A DNA stretch of 6,922 nucleotides from Giardia intestinalis. Taxonomy: Eukaryota. The notes beneath the pieces are model-generated. The model saw only the letters and a list, made by a program, of their open reading frames with translations, was not told the DNA's origin and did not search any database. The DNA is taken from NCBI GenBank assembly GCA_000002435.2, contig AACB03000020.1. One strand, written 5' to 3'. Shown in pieces: positions 1 to 6,922 of the stretch (the stretch's first letter is position 1; each line of letters opens with the position of its first letter). The translations under genes and the position numbers were made by a program.

Positions 1-60
1 ACGAGGTGCGTCGATGGGCCAGCCTGGCCGGATGCTTTTCCCCGGTCAACGAGGTGCGTC

Positions 61-111
61 GATGGGCCAACCTGTCCTGGCATGCTGTTTCCCCGGTCAA
101 CGAGGTGCGTC
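61..111. repeat. Representative canonical type-A unit (51 bp).
   Basis: The sequence gatgggccaacctgtcctggcatgctgtttccccggtcaacgaggtgcgtc is read directly. About 89 of the ~137 units are of this type. Confidence 0.9.
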
Positions 112-819
112 GATGGGCCAACCTGTCCTGGCATGCTGTTTCCCCCGGTCAACGAGGTGCGTCGATGGGCCAACCTGTCCTGGCATGCTGTTTCCCCGGT
201 CAACGAGGTGCGTCGATGGGCCAACCTGTCCTGGCATGCTGTTCCCCGGTCAACGAGGTGTCGATGGGCCTAGCTGGCCCGGAGTCCATTTCCCCGGTCA
301 ACGAGGTGCGTCGATGGGCCAACCTGTCCTGGCATGCTGTTTCCCCGGTCAACGAGGTGCGTCGATGGGCCAAGCTGCCTGGAGTCCCATTTCCCCGGTC
401 AACGAGGTGCGTCGATGGGCCAACCTGTCCTGGCATGCTGTTTTCCCCGGTCAACGAGGTGCGTCGATGGGCCAACCTGTCCTGGCATGCTGTTTCCCCG
501 GTCAACGAGGGCGTCGATGGGCCTAGCTGGCCCGGAGTCCCATTTCCCGGTCAACGAGGTGCGTCGATGGGCCAACCTGTCCTGGCATGCTGTTTCCCCG
601 GTCAACGAGGTGCGTCGATGGGCCAACCTGTCCTGGCATGCTGTTTCCCCGGTCAACGAGGTGCGTCGATGGGCCAACTGTCCTGGCATGCTGTTTCCCC
701 GGTCAACGAGGTGCGTCGATGGGCCAACCTGTCCTGGCATGCTGTTTCCCCGGTCAACGAGGTGCGTCGATGGGCCAACCTGTCCTGGCATGCTGTTTCC
801 CCGGTCAACGAGGTGCGTC

Positions 820-870
820 GATGGGCCAGCTGTCCTGGCAGTCCCATTTCCCCGGTCAACGAGGTGCGTC
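820..870. repeat. Chimeric A/B unit. The left half of the variable segment is A-like (agctgtcctggca) and the right half is B-like (gtcccattt).
   Basis: The sequence at ~828-849 reads agctgtcctggcagtcccattt. The flanking units on both sides are canonical type A. Confidence 0.75.
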
Positions 871-972
871 GATGGGCCAACCTGTCCTGGCATGCTGTTT
901 CCCCGGTCAACGAGGTGCGTCGATGGGCCAACCTGTCCTGGCATGCTGTTTCCCCGGTCAACGAGGTGCGTC

Positions 973-1023
973 GATGGGCCTAGCTGGCCCGGAGTCCCAT
1001 TTCCCCGGTCAACGAGGTGCGTC
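973..1023. repeat. Representative canonical type-B unit (51 bp).
   Basis: The sequence gatgggcctagctggcccggagtcccatttccccggtcaacgaggtgcgtc is read directly. About 42 units are of this type. Its variable segment matches type A at about 17 of 26 aligned positions, so B is a diverged homolog of A and not an unrelated insert. Confidence 0.9.
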
Positions 1024-1430
1024 GATGGGCCAACCTGTCCTGGCATGCTGTTTCCCCGGTCAACGAGGTGCGTCGATGGGCCAACCTGTCCTGGCATGCT
1101 GTTTCCCCGGTCAACGAGGTGCGTCGATGGGCCAACCTGTCCTGGCATGCTGTTTCCCCGGTCAACGAGGTGCGTCGATGGGCCAACCTGTCCTGGCATG
1201 CTGTTTCCCCGGTCAACGAGGTGCGTCGATGGGCCAACCTGTCCTGGCATGCTGTTTCCCCGGTCAACGAGGTGCGTCGATGGGCCAACCTGTCCTGGCA
1301 TGCTGTTCCCCGGTCAACGAGGTGCGTCGATGGGCCAACCTGTCCTGGCATGCTGTTTCCCCGGTCAACGAGGTGCGTCGATGGGCCAACCTGTCCTGGC
1401 ATGCTGTTTCCCCGGTCAACGAGGTGCGTC
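1024..1430. repeat. Homogeneous run of 8 consecutive near-identical type-A units.
   Basis: Units start at ~1024, 1075, 1126, 1177, 1228, 1279, 1329 and 1380, and all carry aacctgtcctggcatgctg. The only difference seen is a single T-length change (gttcccc) in the unit at ~1279. Confidence 0.85.
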
Positions 1431-1734
1431 GATGGGCCTAGCTGGCCCGGAGTCCCATTTCCCCGGTCAACGAGGTGCGTCGATGGGCCAACCTGTCCTG
1501 GCATGCTGTTTCCCCGGTCAACGAGGTGTCGATGGGCCAACCTGTCCTGGCATGCTGTTTCCCCGGTCAACGAGGTGCGTCGATGGGCCAACCTGTCCTG
1601 GCATGCTGTTTCCCCGGTCAACGAGGTGCGTCGATGGGCCAACCTGTCCTGGCATGCTGTTTCCCCGGTCAACGAGGTGCGTCGATGGGCCAACCTGTCC
1701 TGGCATGCTGTTTCCCCGGTCAACGAGGTGCGTC

Positions 1735-2027
1735 GATGGGCCTAGCTGGCCCGGAGTCCATTTCCCCGGTCAACGAGGTGTCGATGGGCCCTGTCCTGGA
1801 GCTGTTTCCCCGGTCAACGAGGTGCGTCGATGGGCCAACCTGTCCTGGCATGCTGTTTCCCCGGTCAACGAGGTGCGTCGATGGGCCAACCTGTCCTGGC
1901 ATGCTGTTTCCCCGGTCAACGAGGTGCGTCGATGGGCCTAGCTGGCCCGGAGTCTTTTCCCCGGTCAACGAGGTAGTCGATGGGCCAAGCTGGCCCGGAG
2001 TCCTTTCCCCGGTCAACGAGGTGCGTC
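1735..2027. repeat. Heterogeneous zone of 6 units containing several variants. These are a B unit with ccat, a 46-bp chimeric unit, two A units, and two short B variants (gagtcttttcccc and aagctggcccggagtcctttcccc). Two altered cores are present (gaggtgtcgatgg and gaggtagtcgatgg).
   Basis: Unit starts at ~1735, 1783, 1829, 1880, 1931 and 1979 have lengths 48, 46, 51, 51, 48 and 49 bp. All variant sequences were read directly. Confidence 0.7.
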
Positions 2028-2631
2028 GATGGGCCAACCTGTCCTGGCATGCTGTTTCCCCGGTCAACGAGGTGCGTCGATGGGCCAACCTGTCCTGGCA
2101 TGCTGTTTCCCCGGTCAACGAGGTGCGTCGATGGGCCAACCTGTCCTGGCATGCTGTTTCCCCGGTCAACGAGGTGCGTCGATGGGCCTAGCTGGCCCGG
2201 AGTCCTTTCCCCGGTCAACGAGGTGCGTCGATGGGCCTAGCTGGCCCGGAGTCCCATTTCCCCGGTCAACGAGGTGCGTCGATGGGCCAACCTGTCCTGG
2301 CATGCTGTTTCCCCGGTCAACGAGGTGCGTCGATGGGCCAACCTGTCCTGGCATGCTGTTTCCCCGGTCAACGAGGTGCGTCGATGGGCCTAGCTGGCCC
2401 GGAGTCCCATTTCCCCGGTCAACGAGGTAGTCGATGGGCCTAGCTGGCCCGGAGTCCCATTTCCCCGGTCAACGAGGTGCGTCGATGGGCCAACCTGTCC
2501 TGGCATGCTGTTTCCCCGGTCAACGAGGTGCGTCGATGGGCCAACCTGTCCTGGCATGCTGTTTCCCCGGTCAACGAGGTGCGTCGATGGGCCAGCTGGC
2601 CCGGAGTCCTTTCCCCGGTCAACGAGGTGTC

Positions 2632-2680
2632 GATGGGCCTAGCTGGCCCGGAGCTGTTTCCCCGGTCAACGAGGTGCGTC
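2632..2680. repeat. Chimeric B/A unit. The left half is B-like (tagctggcccggag) and the right half is A-like (ctgttt).
   Basis: The sequence at ~2640-2659 reads tagctggcccggagctgttt. It is preceded by a CG-deleted core. Confidence 0.75.
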
Positions 2681-2984
2681 GATGGGCCAACCTGTCCTGG
2701 CATGCTGTTTCCCCGGTCAACGAGGTGCGTCGATGGGCCTAGCTGGCCCGGAGTCCCATTTCCCCGGTCAACGAGGTGCGTCGATGGGCCAACCTGTCCT
2801 GGCATGCTGTTTCCCCGGTCAACGAGGTGTCGATGGGCCTAGCTGGCCCGGAGTCCCATTTCCCCGGTCAACGAGGTGCGTCGATGGGCCAACCTGTCCT
2901 GGCATGCTGTTTCCCCGGTCAACGAGGTGCGTCGATGGGCCTAGCTGGCCCGGAGTCCCATTTCCCCGGTCAACGAGGTGCGTC

Positions 2985-3288
2985 GATGGGCCAACCTGTC
3001 CTGGCATGCTGTTTCCCCGGTCAACGAGGTGCGTCGATGGGCCAACCTGTCCTGGCATGCTGTTTCCCCGGTCAACGAGGTGCGTCGATGGGCCAACCTG
3101 TCCTGGCATGCTGTTTCCCCGGTCAACGAGGTGCGTCGATGGGCCAACCTGTCCTGGCATGCTGTTTCCCCGGTCAACGAGGTGCGTCGATGGGCCAACC
3201 TGTCCTGGCATGCTGTTTCCCCGGTCAACGAGGTGTCGATGGGCCAACCTGTCCTGGCATGCTGTTTCCCCGGTCAACGAGGTGCGTC
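2985..3288. repeat. Homogeneous run of 6 consecutive type-A units.
   Basis: Units start at ~2985, 3036, 3087, 3138, 3189 and 3238. The run is flanked by type-B units at ~2934 and ~3289. The unit at ~3189 carries the recurrent CG-deleted core (gaggtgtcgatgg). Confidence 0.8.
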
Positions 3289-3339
3289 GATGGGCCTAGC
3301 TGGCCCGGAGTCCCATTTCCCCGGTCAACGAGGTGCGTC

Positions 3340-3694
3340 GATGGGCCAACCTGTCCTGGCATGCTGTTTCCCCGGTCAACGAGGTGCGTCGATGGGCCAA
3401 CCTGTCCTGGCATGCTGTTCCCCGGTCAACGAGGTGCGTCGATGGGCCAACCTGTCCTGGCATGCTGTTTCCCCGGTCAACGAGGTGCGTCGATGGGCCA
3501 ACCTGTCCTGGCATGCTGTTTCCCCGGTCAACGAGGTGCGTCGATGGGCCAACCTGTCCTGGCATGCTGTTTCCCCGGTCAACGAGGTGCGTCGATGGGC
3601 CAACCTGTCCTGGCATGCTGTTCCCCGGTCAACGAGGTGCGTCGATGGGCCAACCTGTCCTGGCATGCTGTTTCCCCGGTCAACGAGGTGCGTC
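3340..3694. repeat. Homogeneous run of 7 consecutive type-A units.
   Basis: Units start at ~3340, 3391, 3441, 3492, 3543, 3594 and 3644. Two of them carry the gttcccc one-T-shorter variant. Confidence 0.8.
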
Positions 3695-4754
3695 GATGGG
3701 CCTAGCTGGCCCGGAGTCCCATTTCCCGGTCAACGAGGTGCGTCGATGGGCCAACCTGTCCTGGCATGCTGTTTCCCCGGTCAACGAGGTGCGTCGATGG
3801 GCCAACCTGTCCTGGCATGCTGTTTCCCCGGTCAACGAGGTGCGTCGATGGGCCTAGCTGGCCCGGAGTCCCATTTCCCCGGTCAACGAGGTGCGTCGAT
3901 GGGCCAACCTGTCCTGGCATGCTGTTTCCCCGGTCAACGAGGTGCGTCGATGGGCCAACCTGTCCTGGCATGCTGTTTCCCCGGTCAACGAGGTGCGTCG
4001 ATGGGCCTGCTGGCCCGGAGTCCCATTTCCCCGGTCAACGAGGTGCGTCGATGGGCCAACCTGTCCTGGCATGCTGTTTCCCCGGTCAACGAGGTGCGTC
4101 GATGGGCCAACCTGTCCTGGCATGCTGTTTCCCAGGTCAACGAGGTGCGTCGATGGGCCAACCTGTCCTGGCATGCTGTTTCCCCGGTCAACGAGGTGCG
4201 TCGATGGGCCAACCTGTCCTGGCAGCTGTTTCCCCGGTCAACGAGGTGCGTCGATGGGCCAACTGTCCTGGCATGCTGTTTCCCCGGTCAACGAGGTGCG
4301 TCGATGGGCCAACCTGTCCTGGCATGCTGTTTCCCCGGTCAACGAGGTGCGTCGATGGGCCAACCTGTCCTGGCATGCTGTTTCCCCGGTCAACGAGGTG
4401 CGTCGATGGGCCAGCTGGCCCGGAGTCCCATTTCCCCGGTCAACGAGGTGTCGATGGCCTAGCTGGCCCGGAGTCCCATTTCCCCGGTCAACGAGGTGCG
4501 TCGATGGGCCAACCTGTCCTGGCATGCTGTTTCCCCGGTCAACGAGGTGCGTCGATGGGCCAACCTGTCCTGGCATGCTGTTTCCCCGGTCAACGAGGTG
4601 CGTCGATGGGCCTAGCTGGCCCGGTCCCATTTCCCCGGTCAACGAGGTGCGTCGATGGGCCAACCTGTCCTGGCATGCTGTTTCCCCGGTCAACGAGGTG
4701 CGTCGATGGGCCAACCTGTCCTGGCATGCTGTTTCCCGGTCAACGAGGTGCGTC

Positions 4755-5006
4755 GATGGGCCTAGCTGGCCCGGAGTCCCATTTCCCCGGTCAACGAGGT
4801 ATGTCGATGGGCCAGCTGGCCCGGAGTCCCATTTCCCCGGTCAACGAGGTGCGTCGATGGGCCAGCTGGCCCGGAGTCTTTCCCCGGTCAACGAGGTGCG
4901 TCGATGGGCCTAGCTGGCCCGGAGTCCCATGTTTCCCCGGTCAACGAGGTGCGTCGATGGGCCTAGCTGGCCCGGAGTCCCATTTCCCCGGTCAACGAGG
5001 TGCGTC
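4755..5006. repeat. Cluster of 5 consecutive B-family units, which is the longest B-run in the window. It includes B-prime units (gatgggccagctgg, lacking the T), a short variant (gagtctttcccc) and a unit with a G insertion (cccatgtttcccc).
   Basis: Units start at ~4755, 4806, 4856, 4903 and 4955, and all carry (t)agctggcccggag. The core at ~4797-4810 reads gaggtatgtcgatgg instead of gaggtgcgtcgatgg. Confidence 0.75.
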
Positions 5007-5815
5007 GATGGGCCAACCTGTCCTGGCATGCTGTTTCCCCGGTCAACGAGGTGCGTCGATGGGCCAACCTGTCCTGGCATGCTGTTTCCCCGGTCAACGA
5101 GGTGCGTCGATGGGCCTAGCTGGCCCGGAGTCCCATTTCCCCGGTCAACGAGGTGCGTCGATGGGCCAACCTGTCCTGGCATGCTGTTTCCCCGGTCAAC
5201 GAGGTGCGTCGATGGGCCAACCTGTCCTGGCATGCTGTTTCCCCGGTCAACGAGGTGCGTCGATGGGCCTAGCTGGCCCGGAGTCCCATTTCCCCGGTCA
5301 ACGAGGTGCGTCGATGGGCCAACCTGTCCTGGCATGCTGTTTCCCCGGTCAACGAGGTGCGTCGATGGGCCTAGCTGGCCCGGAGTCCTTTCCCCGGTCA
5401 ACGAGGTGTCGATGGGCCTAGCTGGCCCGGAGTCCCATTTCCCCGGTCAACGAGGTGTCGATGGGCCAACCTGTCCTGGCATGCTGTTTCCCCGGTCAAC
5501 GAGGTGCGTCGATGGGCCTAGCTGGCCCGGAGTCCCATTTTCCCCGGTCAACGAGGTGCGTCGATGGGCCAACCTGTCCTGGCATGCTGTTTCCCCGGTC
5601 AACGAGGTGCGTCGATGGGCCAACCTGTCCTGGCATGCTGTTTCCCCGGTCAACGAGGTGCGTCGATGGGCCAACCTGTCCTGGCATGCTGTTTCCCCGG
5701 TCAACGAGGTGCGTCGATGGGCCAACCTGTCCTGGCATGCTGTTTCCCCGGTCAACGAGGTGTCGATGGGCCTAGCTGTCCCGGAGTCCCATTTCCCCGG
5801 TCAACGAGGTGCGTC

Positions 5816-5863
5816 GATGGGCCTAACCTGGCCTGGAGCTTTCCCCGGTCAACGAGGTGCGTC
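5816..5863. repeat. Divergent or chimeric unit (taacctggcctggagcttt) that mixes an A-like aacctg with a B-like g(c)ctggag.
   Basis: Read directly. The unit is 48 bp long. It is flanked by a B variant (tagctgtcccggag, a G-to-T change) on the left and a canonical A unit on the right. Confidence 0.65.
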
Positions 5864-5965
5864 GATGGGCCAACCTGTCCTGGCATGCTGTTTCCCCGGT
5901 CAACGAGGTGCGTCGATGGGCCAACCTGTCCTGGCATGCTGTTTCCCCGGTCAACGAGGTGCGTC

Positions 5966-6012
5966 GATGGGCCAGCTGGCCCGGATGCTTTCCCCGGTCA
6001 ACGAGGTGCGTC
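5966..6012. repeat. Chimeric B-prime/A unit (agctggcccggatgcttt). It is nearly identical to the first full unit in the window at 13-60 (agcctggccggatgctttt).
   Basis: Both variable segments were read directly. The same chimera type therefore occurs twice, about 5.95 kb apart. Confidence 0.7.
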
Positions 6013-6715
6013 GATGGGCCAACCTGTCCTGGCATGCTGTTTCCCCGGTCAACGAGGTATGTCGATGGGCCTAGCTGGCCCGGAGTCCCATTTCCCCGGT
6101 CAACGAGGTGCGTCGATGGGCCAACCTGTCCTGGCATGCTGTTTCCCCGGTCAACGAGGTGCGTCGATGGGCCAACCTGTCCTGGCATGCTGTTTCCCCG
6201 GTCAACGAGGTGCGTCGATGGGCCAGCTGGCCCGGCCCATTTCCCCGGTCAACGAGGTGCGTCGATGGGCCTAGCTGGCCCGGAGTCCATTTCCCCGGTC
6301 AACGAGGTGTCGATGGGCCTAGCTGGCCCGGAGTCTTTCCCCGGTCAACGAGGTGCGTCGATGGGCCAACCTGTCCTGGCATGCTGTTTCCCCGGTCAAC
6401 GAGGTGCGTCGATGGGCCAACCTGTCCTGGCATGCTGTTTCCCCGGTCAACGAGGTGCGTCGATGGGCCAACCTGTCCTGGCAGCTGTTTCCCCGGTCAA
6501 CGAGGTGCGTCGATGGGCCTAGCTGGCCCGGAGTCCCATTTCCCCGGTCAACGAGGTGCGTCGATGGGCCAACCTGTCCTGGCATGCTGTTTCCCCGGTC
6601 AACGAGGTGCGTCGATGGGCCAACCTGTCCTGGCATGCTGTTTCCCCGGTCAACGAGGTGCGTCGATGGGCCAACCTGTCCTGGCATGCTGTTTCCCCGG
6701 TCAACGAGGTGCGTC

Positions 6716-6866
6716 GATGGGCCTAGCTGGCCCGGAGTCCCATTTCCCCGGTCAACGAGGTGTCGATGGGCCTAGCTGGCCCGGAGTCCCATTTCCCCGG
6801 TCAACGAGGTGCGTCGATGGGCCTAGCTGGCCCGGAGTCCCATTTCCCCGGTCAACGAGGTGCGTC
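6716..6866. repeat. Run of 3 consecutive canonical type-B units at the window end.
   Basis: Units start at ~6716, 6765 and 6816, each carrying tagctggcccggagtcccattt. A CG-deleted core precedes the unit at 6765. Confidence 0.8.
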
Positions 6867-6922
6867 GATGGGCCAACCTGTCCTGGCATGCTGTTTCCCC
6901 GGTCAACGAGGTGCGTCGATGG

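Larger units (their letters stand above)
1..6922. repeat. Tandem array (satellite/minisatellite) of ~136 copies of a 51-bp unit. Type A consensus, phased from gatgggcc: gatgggccaacctgtcctggcatgctgtttccccggtcaacgaggtgcgtc. Type B consensus: gatgggcctagctggcccggagtcccatttccccggtcaacgaggtgcgtc. The array is truncated mid-unit at both window edges.
   Basis: Direct reading shows the motif gatgggcc recurring at ~51-bp spacing, with individual units 46-52 bp long, from position 13 to 6918. The core ttccccggtcaacgaggtgcgtcgatgggcc is near-identical in every copy. There is no non-repetitive sequence anywhere in the window. Confidence 0.97.

Noticed and set aside
973-1023. A functional hairpin or palindrome in type-B units, from ggcctagctggcc (ggcc N5 ggcc with a central agct).
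   Set aside because: The palindrome is imperfect, because tagct does not equal its reverse complement agcta, and the stem is only 4 bp. The equivalent A-type segment, gcca N8 tggc, is no better. No convincing conserved secondary structure is evident by eye, and folding software would be needed to say more.
3766-5421. Protein-coding ORFs of 551 aa (3766-5421), 535 aa (334-1941) and 494 aa (2978-4462), with others on both strands, encoding a 17-aa repeat protein.
   Set aside because: The ORFs overlap one another in different frames and on both strands. This is possible only because the unit lacks stop codons. Within each ORF the 17-aa motif switches between the three frame-specific peptides at every unit of 46 to 52 bp, so no reading frame is conserved. 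No recognisable start-site context or known repeat-protein signature is present.
1-6922. A CRISPR array with a 31-bp repeat and 20-bp spacers.
   Set aside because: The spacers fall into only two homologous sequence classes that are repeated dozens of times, and chimeric spacers exist. At 20 bp they are also too short, and no leader or cas context is visible. This is a satellite-type tandem repeat.
1-6922. G-quadruplex-forming potential from the cccc (+) and gggg (-) tract in each unit.
   Set aside because: There is only one G-run of three or more bases per 51-bp unit on either strand. A quadruplex would therefore need four units with loops of about 47 nt each, which is not a plausible stable G4.
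1-6922. A CENP-B-box-like or nuclear-receptor half-site motif in the core. The minus strand reads ctcgttgaccgggga, against a CENP-B box of nTTCGnnnnAnnCGGGn, and the plus strand has cggtca against AGGTCA.
   Set aside because: The essential CENP-B positions do not align: the first T of TTCG is absent, the A at position 10 is absent, and the CGGG spacing is off by 2. The half-site match is 5 of 6 with no partner half-site. Both resemblances are at the level expected by chance in a GC-rich 51-mer.
1-6922. A mobile element, integron or other accessory gene system hidden in the repeats.
   Set aside because: There are no terminal inverted repeats, no target-site duplications, no unique sequence, and no transposase-like ORF that survives the frame analysis. 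The window consists entirely of one tandem repeat family.

Overview
The whole 6,922-bp window is one uninterrupted head-to-tail tandem array, with no unique flanking sequence at either end. It holds about 136 copies of a GC-rich (~64%) 51-bp unit. The window starts and ends mid-unit, so the array is longer than the window. Each unit has a conserved 31-bp core (ttccccggtcaacgaggtgcgtcgatgggcc) and a 20-bp variable segment. That segment occurs in two homologous, equal-length subfamilies: type A (aacctgtcctggcatgctgt, ~89 units) and type B (tagctggcccggagtcccat, ~42 units). About 6 chimeric A/B units and several recurrent micro-variants also occur. A and B are interspersed irregularly; there is no strict higher-order periodicity. 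A-runs are 1-8 units long and B-runs 1-5 units long. I see no credible protein-coding gene, RNA gene, CRISPR array, mobile-element termini, promoter or terminator. The many long ORFs in the six-frame track arise because the unit lacks stop codons in most frames. Their periodic peptide motifs change frame at each unit-length indel, so I treat them as artefacts. The array looks superficially CRISPR-like (31-bp repeat plus 20-bp spacer), but the spacers fall into only two mutually homologous sequence families reused dozens of times, so it is a satellite or minisatellite, not CRISPR. I cannot assign an organism or genomic context from the sequence alone, and I found no defence, secretion or metabolic system here. 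The interesting content is the internal structure of the array: subfamily organisation, chimeric units marking recombination, and core variants linked to the B subfamily. All coordinates are hand-counted and may be off by 1-2 bp.
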